DNA of 64,000 nucleotides, taken from Octopus vulgaris (lineage: Eukaryota). Both the position numbers and the translations under genes were made by a program. The DNA is taken from NCBI GenBank assembly GCA_951406725.2, contig OX597817.1:100750001-100814000 (forward strand). Reading direction: 5' to 3'. The notes below the pieces were generated by a model. It saw nothing but the letters and a program-made list of their open reading frames with translations, was not told where the DNA came from and did no database searches. Below are positions 10,596 through 23,682 of this stretch, piece after piece. The stretch's first letter is position 1, and every line of letters begins with the position of its first letter.

Positions 10596-12295
10596 ATATA
10601 CATAAACAAGCACACGCACACACATGTACATGCAATATCTTTTGGAGAATAAGTAAAAATAAATTAATATTATAAGGTACTCTACTTCATCAGAATGTTA
10701 AAAGAAAAAAACGATGAATCTGTGATGTAGATATGGAATATGTATTCCAATGTCACGAGAATGTCCAATATATCAAGATGGAACAAATTTAATATATCAA
10801 TTTCTCCAGAAAGAGAGAAAAGTTTAAGTGATAACTAGTGATATCATGGAAAAACTGATATTCAGACCGATGTGCAGTACGATACAGCATGGAAATGAAA
10901 AAGAACAAGAGCATAAATATATGCGCATGTATGTATGTATGTATGTATGTATGTATGTATGTATGTATGTATGTATGTATGTATGTATGTATGTATGTAT
11001 AAATGTATGCACACACACATATATTCTTTTATTCTTTCACATGTTTCAGTCATTTGACTGAGGCCATGTTGGAGCACCGCCTTATATATATAATGTAGAT
11101 AACAAAATCAATGTCACATTTTAAACTTGAGAAAAGTCTTGCATTTTGCTACAATTCTACATACAGATTATATTTGCAATGTACGAGTTAGCTTGTTGAT
11201 TTTCTTTTTTCTGAAAAGTCTAGATTAGCTAGATTGTTACTACGCAATTACTCACAAAACGAAGTTCTCCGATTATTCTTGGTATAAATGTGAATTCATA
11301 ATCTGAATATAGGAGGTTTCGAAGCAGTTGTCCATAGTTATCCTCTTTGATTTTCGGAGATATTTTCACATCAGCAGGACAAGTGACCGCCATGATTGTA
11401 AATACTTTTTCTTGTGTGTTTATGGAAATGTTTCAACAATATTTTACGTGTCGATGTTTGTGTATGTATGCGATAACAGGGGAATTCTCTATATTTATTC
11501 TAGGACAGTTTTTTTTCCCGAATATCATAGTATATTGTTATTGCGACAACGTCATGCCACATAAGGAGGTAGTACCTTGATGACATTTTTGGGTAGCGTT
11601 AATCACATATATGATGTCTTCCACAGAAATATAGCATAATCTACATTTTCGGTAGCGTCTTGGAGCTCCAAGGGATTCATTGTCCCTTTTGTGTATTAGT
11701 TATTTCGTAGCCATCTCCAGTTCTTGGATTGTAAATTCATAGCCTTCGATGTGAGAGCCAAAGAGAGGCTTCGCTTCATGTCAATATAACTGTCTTCAAG
11801 TCTTCGAACATAACCATGGATAATCTTTTGTCTTGGTATGCCGAGCGTTTCATAACCAGGTCTTCTTTGAGGTATATTAGTCCGGCTGTTTTGGTGTTGT
11901 ATAGGAAGTCATCAGGAAGGGAGTACTTTCTGAGGTGTTCGCTGTTGACATGTATGTATGTGTATATAGTTATATTTAAGAAAGAATAAGAGATAAACTC
12001 CTGTTTTCCCCCAAAAAGATAAATATATAAGTGAGGATAACATTAGATAAATCAGTCCACAAACAATAATCCACCCCGCTTTCATGAATAGAATTGATAC
12101 AGAAGAATCAACAGAAGCACATAATTATTATATAGAATATATTAAAATACACAGATACATTAAAAATATATAAATATATCGATATATTAAAAATATATAA
12201 ATATATAAATTCATTAAAAATATATAGGGTAATTGATACATTAAAAGATATACAAATGAGAACATTGATACATTGATATATTAAAATATATCGGA

Positions 12296-12374
<79 letters not shown>

Positions 12375-12386
12375 ATATTAGGGAAT

Positions 12387-12727
12387 AAATCCAAACTTAC
12401 AGGGAAAAATCAGATTTAGATTGAATCCAATTTATAGTAAAATATTATATTATATAAATTAGAGACAAAACCACTATTAAACAAAGAAAGACAATCCAAT
12501 ACAAAAATTAATTTATATTATTTAGTAATTTAACAATTATTATTAATAATAATTATTATTAATAATTGTTAAATTACTAAATAATATAAATTAATTTTTG
12601 TATTGGATTAAGTCTTTCTTTGTTTGATTTGCATAATAGTGGTTTTGTCTCTAATTTATATAATATAATATTTTACTATAAATTGGATTCAATCCTAAAT
12701 CTGATTTTTCCCTGTAAGTTTGGATTT
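12387..12727. repeat. Near-perfect ~340-bp palindrome (fold-back) within (TA)n
   Basis: The arm AAATCCAAACTTACAGGGAAAAATCAG... is mirrored by ...CTGATTTTTCCCTGTAAGTTTGGATTT; centre near 12551 with no spacer. Confidence 0.95.
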
Positions 12728-12733
12728 TATATA

Positions 12734-12767
<34 letters not shown>

Positions 12768-12832
12768 CATATATAAATTTAGTCCGACTCAGAATAAAAA
12801 CGAAATTAATGAAGGAAATGAAAGTTAAAAAT

Positions 12833-15800
12833 GCCTTATGGCCGTTTCTGGGTGTTAATTGGCCATAAAAATAAAGAGTGTATATACTCATTATTGAGCA
12901 ATTCCCCCTTCTTCAGGGTTAATAGTGGTTGTGCAAGTTCACATTTAGTATGTATGTACATACATGATGGCCATCCACTCATGACCAAGGAAGACCATTG
13001 CTGACCTTTAGGAACATTATGCGCTCTAGGACTTATATTTTGCATTTGCGGCCGCGTTGGTGGCTAATGAGCCCTGCTCTTGACATGTATACACGACTGC
13101 AAACGTTGCAAACCAAGCTTTTCCCATTCACTATGCCAGCAGTGCGCTTTCGAGCAGCACGCTTAAATTCTTCATGAAGAATATGTGCTCATTCAAAGGT
13201 GTTGACCAACTCCTTAACCTGCTTCCTTCATTTGTGGCGATGAAGGCATTGCTCTCCCAGTCGGTCTTCTGCATATCGCAGGCCTTTAATGAGGACTTGA
13301 TAAGTCCTTAAATTGCAGCTTTGGTTTCTGCCGGGTCTCTTTCCACTAACAAGTTCCCCATATAGTGTCTGCTTAGAGATCCTGTTATCCTTCATTCTAA
13401 GAAGTTTTCCAATCCAACATAATCGGTGTTTATGCACCATCGCCTTAATACTCAAGATATCGGCGTTCCTCAAGACGTGTATGTCTGGAGTTTTTAAGGT
13501 CCAGTCGACATTCAGAATGTGTCTCAGACATCTCTGATGGAAGCGTTCAATGATTTTACATGACGTTTGCAAAGGGTCCATGTCTCACATGAGTAAAGAA
13601 GTGATGTCAATACACATGCACGGTACACAGCAATTTTTGTTTACCTTGTGATGTTGTGCTGGGACCAAACACGAAACTCCAGAGACCGGAAGGAATCAGT
13701 TGCGCTCTGCAGCTTGAAAGATATTTCATCATCCAGGGAGCAAGAACGACTGAGTGTGCTCCCCAGGTAGACAAACTTGTCTACCACTTTCAGTATTGCT
13801 CCTTCAACCAAGATAGCTGGTTCCACATATGGATTTCCTGGTGCAGGCTGGAATATTATAACAGTCTTATCGAGGATAATGCTGAGTCCAAATGCCTTGC
13901 AAGAAGCAGAAATACGATTCATAAGTATTTGCATGTCATCCACCGTATAAGAAAATCTATACCTGACATATATTCCCAGAGAGCTAACCCTAGTACAAGC
14001 ATGAGTAAAAGCAACAGAAAAGTACAAAGAAGAGAGAGTTGGAGCGAGGATGTCACCCTGCTTGACACCATGAGTTCCGCTATGCCACCATCAACATTGA
14101 ACCAAGCCTCCATCCCATCATGAAATGATTTAATTATAGATACAAAGTAATCTGGACATCCAAAGTTTGTCAAGTATTTTCCATACCAAGGCCCTATTCA
14201 AAGACCTTGGTTAAATCAATGAATACGCGGACAAGATCCATATTCTGCTCATAGCATTCTGCATCTATCTTGCTGTGAAAATCGCATCCATTGTCCCTCT
14301 ACCAGATCGGAAGCCACACTGAGATTCTGATAGGACATCATTTACGAGACACCCATTCAGGTGGGTAAGAAGAATATTTGCCAGAAGCGTGCCAGCAGCT
14401 GATAGTAGAGCAATACTTCTGTAGATACCACACATTTTTCTGGCACCTTTTCCTTTAAGAGAGGAAAAATAATTGCACCCATCCAGTCCTTAGGCATTAC
14501 ACCATCCTTCCAGACTACACTAATAAGTTCATGAAGGGACTGTATGATGTAATCACTACCAAATCGCAAGTCTTCAGCACAAATTCCATCTCTTCCAGGT
14601 GCCCCACCTATATTCAATTTACTTATTGCTGTCATTACTTCATCTATTGAGGGTGTTGAATTTTTGGAGCCAATGATAGATCTTTGTTGATTATTCTCAA
14701 TCACTGTTTCATCCACAGCTGACTCATGGTTTAGGAGTTCAGAGAAGTGTTCAATCCAGCGATCTGTGATTTCTATTGAGTTAGTAAATAGGGTAGAAGA
14801 CCTTTTGGCAAGAAAAGGAACTGATGCAGAGCTCTTAAGGCCCATAAACTTGCTTCATAAGATGGTAAACCTTCTTGCTGTCATTTGCATCAGTAGCAGT
14901 CTGAACATCACGAACAAGATCCTCCCACCAAGTATTCTGCATCTTCCTGAGAGATCGCTGCAGTAATGATTTTAGACTGCAACAGTGGGCTAGTGCTAGA
15001 TATCGCTGCACATCTGAAAGCCCTCTATGCAGTAATACATTGTGGGCATGGCGCTTTACAATCAATAGTCGCTGAACATCAGCATCATTTTCATCAAACC
15101 AGTCTCTGTGTCTGGCAGTAGCATTTCCCAGTGTTTCAGCAGCATATTGAAGAACCTGATCTCGAAAAATCTTCCCATATTGTAATATTTTCAATGTTGG
15201 ATAAGCGAATCTGAAGCTCTTTCCTCAACACAGCATCATATATCTTGTGGACATTCAGACGCCGAGGATTGCCAACTGGCTCTCTTCTCTCTTTCACTCT
15301 AATCATCATCGGGAACGTTGCTCACACCAGACTGTGATCTGTCCAGCATTCTGATCCACGAAAGGGCTTGACATTACAAATGTCATAGATGTCACGCTTA
15401 CGGATGATAACATAATCTAACAAGTGCCAAATTTTAGAGCTTGGATGCATCCACGTTGTTGAGTGATCTCCTTTGTGCATAAAATGAGTGCTTGCGATGT
15501 AAAATCCATGTTCATCGCAAAGCTCCAGCATCATGAGACCATTGCTATTCATTTTCCCTTCACCAAAATGTCCTAGAGACTTCCATGTTTGCCAGTCTGT
15601 TCCAACCCTGGTATAGAAATCCCCCAGTAGAATGACATTATCAGAATTGGGGATTTTCCTAAGTAAGACTCTCAGCTGGGTATAAAAATTAGTTTTATCT
15701 TCATCACAACTAGTCAAAATAATGCATAGGCACTTATTAGAGTAGCAAGCCGCCCACCTTTAAGGTGCAATCGTAGTCACTAGACGTTCATTTATAGGAA

Positions 15801-17000
15801 CAAGGTGCTCTTCCAACTTCTTAAGGATATCAGATCGAGCTTCAAAGCTAACTCTGCGCTTCTTCAGCCTCCCCTTAAAAAAAACAAAACAAAAGTTGTG
15901 TCCACCTCCTACTTCCCCAGGCTGACGATCACCCTCTATACGAGTATCTGGAAGTGCAGCTATATCAATGTTATAGCAGTTCAGCCCGCGAGCAACAAGT
16001 ACAATCACACTTGTTATCCAACAGAGTGCGCCCATTCCTACATGAAGTGTTCAAGTTCCATCTAGATTTTGTAAAAAAAACGTCTGTTCTCGAGCGCAGG
16101 GTGGACAGATATAGAACTGAAAGATATAGAAAGACTGAACAGATATAGAAAGACAGGCATTTTTTGGTTCACTTTTTCTAGAAACTCCTCTGCTTCTGGG
16201 TGCCTTCTCCAAATGGAGCTGCTCAGACACCCATGCAGCAACCGAATCGTATTACTGCCTACGTGCTGGTCATTGACTACATGCCTCCAACCCGTCAGGT
16301 CTGCATGCTTCGCCACCTTCCCATCGCCTCAGGACTTCCGAATAAAAATGAAATAAGTATATACTGAAAATAAATAAATATATACTAAATATAAAGATAC
16401 ATATATGCTGAAAATAAAATAAATATATATAGGGAAAAAAGCAGCACATATCAAGCAGAGATCAGGAATGCCTGTGCAGAGTTTTAGGTCCAATAAGGCT
16501 TGCACGATACATCATAGACCCTCTCCACTCTATTGACATTATCCAGAGACATGCCAGAGCGAGATTTCTGGTGACAATATGAGTCGCAGGCTCAGGGATG
16601 TGAGAGCGCCATGATCTCTAGCACAAAACAAAGATCTCCAAAATGTCCAGTGTTGAGTCACTTATGAGACTCTCATAAGTGCTACTGGTAACATGGAATC
16701 CAGTACAACCGGTTGCATGGTCGAGTTGTCGGCGTCTAAACCGGCACCCTCACCAGGCTTCCCTGGTGAACAGGGTTGCTAGAAACCCAGCAGGATTAAA
16801 AACAAGACCTGTTGAAAGGTCGGATGAACCTAGTGCAGGCTCAACGGCCATCTAGCAATATCACGGGTACGCAGAAATTCCGGGACGGTGTCCGGCGTGC
16901 TGAAAGACCACTGGCAGTGAGGCACCCTCAGCTTCTATTGAAGCTTTTCTCCAGGTGAAGGTCTCTCTAATATAAAACCAGATATGCAGGGAATAGCACT
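12833..17000 (-). mobile_element. RTE-clade LINE, near full length, decayed (APE endonuclease, RT, C-terminal Cys/His motif)
   Basis: ILLGDF, TWMHP..WHLLDY, TDH (EN); QCGFRSGR, FIDLTK, FVYLGSTLS (RT); FHQRCLRHIL; CNVC...GLISH; many frameshifts. Confidence 0.93.
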
Positions 17001-19059
17001 GGACATACATACATAAAGACATAAATACATACATACATGCATACATACATATATACACATATACATACATATATAATATATATATACATACATACATACA
17101 AACACACACTCACATATAAGCAATTATGATTCAGTTGAATTAGGTACTTAAGTTGAAGCACCAAGTCAGTCCAGTATTAGCCGCACAGCTCGAAGTAAGG
17201 TGAATAAAATCAAAATAGGTAACAGAATGTCAAGTAATAATGCCGTACGACCGTTCCAAGCGACTCCATTTAACGGAACAATGCAATCGTTGCACCAATT
17301 TAAATTAGCGCTATCTTCAGCTGCACAAATATGGATTTTCAACAGATAAGATATATTAGTAAAATGTATTTTAAATATCTTAACAGAGCAACAGGATGGA
17401 AAAATTTCATGTTGTAACTACTGTAGCAAAAATACAGAAGTACAAAACAATAATTTTTAGTGTGGCATGGAACACAGTGGGGTCATAGGGTTGTAATTCA
17501 TTTCCAATTTATGCATCTCCTTATCATCATCAAAAATATACCAGAAGACGGCGTATATTTAGAATAAAGAGCAAAGTGAGTTGATAGCTCATAGCTGGAT
17601 GTTGGTCATGAATTTCATACTATCACAGGTATCCCACCAACCCACAAGAATAAGAAACAAAATTTTAGAAAAAGTGAATTAGATAGTAGTAATTATCCAT
17701 AAAAGAAGGTATGGATGGCCTTACTCCATGATGTGATTATAAGTTAAAGGGGCAAGCACTATGAAACTTAGGATGCTACAATGGGATCCAGAAAACATTA
17801 GGGGTTCAGTGGGAGAACGTTTATAAACAATATTTTAATTTTGTATAAAAATAAAAATAAAATAAAAGAATAGAAATTTTCTTGTAGAAAGGGATATCAT
17901 AACCAAGTTAGCTAAAAGAGATTTGTAGATCAATTTGAACATTAAAAGATTATTATGTGGAATCAACTAAATATCTCATCTTTACTTAATTAATTATTAG
18001 GTGGCCATTATAAAGCTCACCCAAACCATTAATATATGGAATTTATCTGGAAAGGTATACATAATACCTATTGATCGAAAGTAAGGAATCAGAAGCAGGA
18101 TAATAAGATAAATGATAATATGTAGACATAATTAAACATATGTATACAAGAAAAAGTGTGTACTGATATAAGGTGTAGTAGTATAAAAATAAGGCATACA
18201 GATACATATACGAAAAGGGTTTTATGTATACACACACACACATACACACACACACAGACACACACGCGCGCACACACACACATACACACACACATATATA
18301 TATATATACACACGCTTATATAAAGAATATAGTATAATTAATTAGTGTAAATATAAGTAACTGAAAAATATCAATTTAAGAACCATATTGAGCCACATCT
18401 TAACCTACATGCATGCAGAAAGGAGATGCAACATCCCCAACGATTCATAGAATGCTATACCAGTATATGCGAAGATAAATAGGAATGCAAAATATAAAAT
18501 TCGATACCATACAAAATTTTATAATATAAAGGTAAATCATAAAATAAGAGATTAATAAAGTAAACATACCAAAATAAGAATCAAAATAATAACTTATAGA
18601 AAATAATAAGAAATGTATATAAAGATAGTGGATTAAAATAAAATGCAGGAAAAGATAAAAATAACCTAAAAAGGGGTAATAGGTATGGAAATAGTGAGGA
18701 CAGTTTAAGGTATTCATATCGAATTAGTTTTGTAAGTTATAATATTACAGGTGCTATTGTATATATGATTGTATAGCTCTTAGCGGGTATAAAATTTGGT
18801 GAAGGAATACTTACTATCTCAAAATCATTACAAATATACTTAATATGACTGATAGGGTAGAAATTCATAGAAAGAAAGAAGAGTGTAATCAACAAATAGG
18901 ATGAACTCAGGCTAACTAAGCAGGGGTTTTTATCGGGTAATATTACATGTAATACATCACATAGCGTAATACATAGCATATAATATATGTAATGTAACAC
19001 ATTAAACTATATAATATAATATCCTATATTAGAGGGCAAGTTATAAAGGATACGGCGTC

Positions 19060-19494
19060 CGAAGTTAATTTCACGCAAATATAAATAACAGGACATAACA
19101 ACAGGTGTCTTTCGACTAGGGACGAATTAAATTAAGCTGGCGTGTGTGGAAATAAAGCCTTACAGCAAGGTGTGACATTTTTGACTTTTTTTCGTCCTTG
19201 TTTCGTATGCATTTGCTGCTTTCTTCCAAGGAATGTAATGCTCTTAGCTTATTTTTCCTTGGGACTGGCCAGATTGGAGCAATCTCGTGTATAACCAGCC
19301 GAAATTGCAAAGATAATATGGAACTCGACTGAGGATAGAAAACTCTGAATGATCCGTCCTTGTTTTCCTTGTATCGTCTGTCTGGATATTTTGTTTTACC
19401 TATCTGTGTGGATGTTTTGTGTTCTTGTCCCATTTTTGTATTTTTTATATATAAAATATAGCGGCGTATGTACACTTTGGTCTCTTATATGTAA

Positions 19495-19495
<1 letters not shown>
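19060..19495 (+). repeat. Non-coding repeat with the reversed-order hammerhead-like motif (19279-19335)
   Basis: GCAA-TC-TCGTGT...CC-GAAA-TTGC...ACTCGA-CTGAGGA, followed by a T-rich tail ending at (TA)n. Confidence 0.6.
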
Positions 19496-19536
<41 letters not shown>

Positions 19537-19541
<5 letters not shown>

Positions 19542-21063
19542 TAAGGAAAAATTTTTTTTAAAATGCAGAATGCTCAAATGAAAGAAAATTTTAATAAAAT
19601 GAGAAATTGATAAAATATATAAATATATATTTATTCAACCGGTTTTCGTCATTGTATGACTTGTCAAGAATATTTATGTTTTAAAAAGTTTTTTTAAAAA
19701 TTAGAAAGGGGAAAAAAAGAAAATTGCATTGTTTTTTGTAAAAGAATAATGATAAAAATGTACAAAAATTAAAAAATAAGTTCTCCGATACATTGTGAGT
19801 TCGTTGTGTATCTTGAGTTTTATGGTTGTTTACGAAAAAATTACCTTGAGGTGTTAAGATCCAAAGGGATTAAGAGCATGTGTTGTGTTGTTAAATTCAG
19901 CATGTTTGCAGGACAGGAAGTAGTAGTAATTGTGGTCCTGGTTCTTCAGTTCCTGTGTTGTGAGTAAGGGGAGACAACTCTTTTGAGTTGCCAACATAAT
20001 TATGTTGGACAAACGAGTCTCCCGTTACGTAAACGAGTAACGGTGCATAAAGAACAAATAAATCTCCCGGAATACCGACAAATTCCACTGAGTGACCACT
20101 TAGACTCATGTGCTAAAGACTTAAACCCCAAATTCTATATATTCCCCTTCTACCAATGTAAAGACGGGATCACCACACAGGAGAGAATTAACAAGGAGAA
20201 TCTCTTTATTGAAAAATTCCAAACACAACTTAATATGCAAACTCCTCGTTGATCAAACTTCCTTTCTCTACCTCACTCTTCATGGATGGACTAACACAAA
20301 TATATAAAGATACCATGCATTCATCACTTCAAGCTAAAACTTATATTCTTTAAATATCATTTTTACTATTGTTGTTATTACTATCATTTTTATTATAAAT
20401 GATATGACAATTTGAAATGCAATTGTCTATGCAGATTTATATAATTAGAAAATAATATAAATAAAGTGTTAAAATCTGAAAGTTAAGTTAACAAGCAATT
20501 ATATAAAAAAGATAACGCAAATGAAGCTAAAATGATAATTTTATAATTTGGGTTTTATTGAAGAACTCAAAAGAGTTGTCTCCCCTTACTCACAACACAG
20601 GAACTGAAGAACCAGGACCACAATTACTACTACTTCCTGTCCTGCAAACATGCTGAATTTAACAACACAACACATGCTCTTAATCCCTTTGGATCTTAAC
20701 ACCTCAAGGTAATTTTTTCGTAAACAACCATAAAACTCAAGATACACAACGAACTCACAATGTATCGGAGAACTTATTTTTTAATTTTTGTACATTTTTA
20801 TCATTATTCTTTTACAAAAAACAATGCAATTTTCTTTTTTTCCCCTTTCTAATTTTTAAAAAAACTTTTTAAAACATAAAAATATTCTTGACAAGTCATA
20901 CAATGACGAAAACCGGTTGAATAAATATATATTTATATATTTTATCAATTTCTCATTTTATTAAAATTTTCTTTCATTTGAGCATTCTGCATTTAAAAAA
21001 AAATTTTTCCTTACTTATCATTTCTCCACGTGCGGTCAACACAACCCCACCATTTATTGAACT
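19537..21063 (+). mobile_element. Young truncated Penelope-like element with inverted pseudo-LTR
   Basis: 19537-19989 is a near-perfect reverse complement of 20564-21018. Between them lies the GIY-YIG C-terminus (YVGQT...RVTVHKEQI...LN, 19990-20252). Confidence 0.93.
20883..20923 (+). ncRNA. Minimal hammerhead variant with U3-A8 core; inverted copy near 19633-19673
   Basis: TATTC-TTGACAA-GTCA(TACAA)TGAC-GAAA-ACCGG-TT-GAATA. Confidence 0.75.
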
Positions 21064-21079
21064 ATATATATATATATAG

Positions 21080-21599
<520 letters not shown>

Positions 21600-22402
21600 C
21601 ATACGCAGAAATGCACACACACACTCGGACTCGAAGGTGCGAGTAGCAATGACATTAATTGTTCACTCCTAATAAGTAAAATTCAGCATCATTTATTGAG
21701 TACTGGTGCTATTATTTGTAAACCAAACCTTATACACACGCACACGCCACACCCTCCCCACACACACGGCATTCACGCACACACACAAGCACATACATAC
21801 GCATACGCACACACACACACACACATACATATACATACACCCATACACACACACACATATAGTTCAAATTTACAGAAAATAAAATACGAAGATATGTGGG
21901 GGAACAACAAGCAGATATATTAGTTTGATGCTCGGGAAGAATGGAAAAGTTTTTGATGTCTCGAGCCCTCGCTCTTCGACAGAAAGGATTGAGAGGGGTA
22001 AATGGAGAGAGAACAAAAAAGGAAGCAGATAGAAAGAAAAAAATTATATATATATATATATATCTGCGTGTGTATGTGTGTGTGTGTGTGTGTGTGTGAA
22101 AGCGCATGGTGCGTTTTTTATGTATTCTCATACCGGCGATGCGTTGTCGCTTTTAGCAAAACACTTCCTTTCACGTTACTCTGCCAACTCAGCTGTAAAT
22201 GGATAATTTTGCGACGGAGTGGCGTTCCTTTCAAGGGTAGTGTTGTCCGCTTAGCCAGCGAGCTGGCATTATTCGAAAGTTGAAACACTAAGAAGGAGTG
22301 TATTGTAACTAGAGGTCTGTAGCAACAACCCATAGTCTGGCCGATACACTGATATATGTCTGTGTGTAGGCGCGCGCGTGCACAAACCTGAGTATATGTG
22401 CT

Positions 22403-22434
<32 letters not shown>

Positions 22435-22538
22435 TGTATGTATGTATGTATGTATGCATGAATGTGTATGTATGTATATACGTATGTGAGTGTGTGTGTA
22501 TGTATGTATGTATGTATGTATGTATGTATGTATGTATG

Positions 22539-22634
<96 letters not shown>

Positions 22635-22637
<3 letters not shown>

Positions 22638-22839
22638 ATAAATTAGGGTATCTACGAGATACAACCATGCTGAAAATAGCAGCCATGATCTGACTCTAAA
22701 ACCACCTTAATTGTCCATATATCAACACGGAGAGAAAACAAAGTGACAAGATGAATAATTCTAGATCCCGGATTTCTGATTTTGCATTTAGTAATGTTTT
22801 GCCTCGTCAGTGGAATACACACAGAAGAGAAACATAAAT

Positions 22840-22924
<85 letters not shown>

Positions 22925-23304
22925 CTAGTTTCATCTTGTCTCTTTGTTTTCTCTCCGTGTTGATATATGGATAATTAAGGTGGTTTTAGAGTCAGATCAT
23001 GGCTGCTATTTTCAGCATGGTGGTATCTCGTAGATACCCTAATTGATAATGTTAATAATTATTACCTTTGAAGGTTATTTTTTCCATGCTGAGCACTTGA
23101 TAAAATGGTTATTTTATTTTTAAATTAACGATCTTATCCTTATTCATATAAATTTAAATTTATTTCGTCACTGTATTTACTGCGGCGATATTTTGACCAT
23201 ATCTCACATGGAATTAAACGGCGGGTATTTTGAACTAGCCATGATGCATACGTGCATATATATGTAGGTATACCTTCCTATATGTAAGTATTCGTATGCT
23301 GTGC

Positions 23305-23354
<50 letters not shown>

Positions 23355-23682
23355 GTATTTGTGATTCTCTTCTGTGTGTATTCTAATGACGTGGCAAAGC
23401 ATTACTAAATGCAAAGTCAGAAATCCGGGATCTAGAATTATCCAGTAATTTTTTACTAGTTTTATCTTCTCTCTTTGTTTTCTCTTCGTGTTGATATACG
23501 GACAATTAAGGTAGTTTTAGAGTCAGATCATGGCTGCTATTTTCAGCATGGTGGTATCTCGTAAATACCCTAATTTATAACTTTAATAATTATTACCTTT
23601 GAAGGTTATTTTTTTCCATGCTGACCATTTGATAAAATCGTTATTCTATTTTTAAATTAACGATCTTATCCTTATTTATATA
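22635..23682. repeat. Three copies (one inverted, two direct) of a pLTR-like repeat
   Basis: The block GAGTCAGATCATGGCTGCTATTTTCAGCATGG occurs at ~22665-22696 (reverse), ~22990 and ~23520. Confidence 0.9.
22758..22816 (-). ncRNA. Type I hammerhead motif; second copy with mutated core at 23380-23438 (+)
   Basis: ATTCCA-CTGACGA-G...GAAA-TCCGGGA-TC-TAGAAT; the second copy has the perfect stem I ATTCTA/TAGAAT. Confidence 0.75.

Noticed and set aside
11300-11390. HHR-like remnants (minus strand CTGATGT..GAAA; also ~33985-34015 and ~35900-35940)
   Set aside because: Cores or stems are too degenerate to call.
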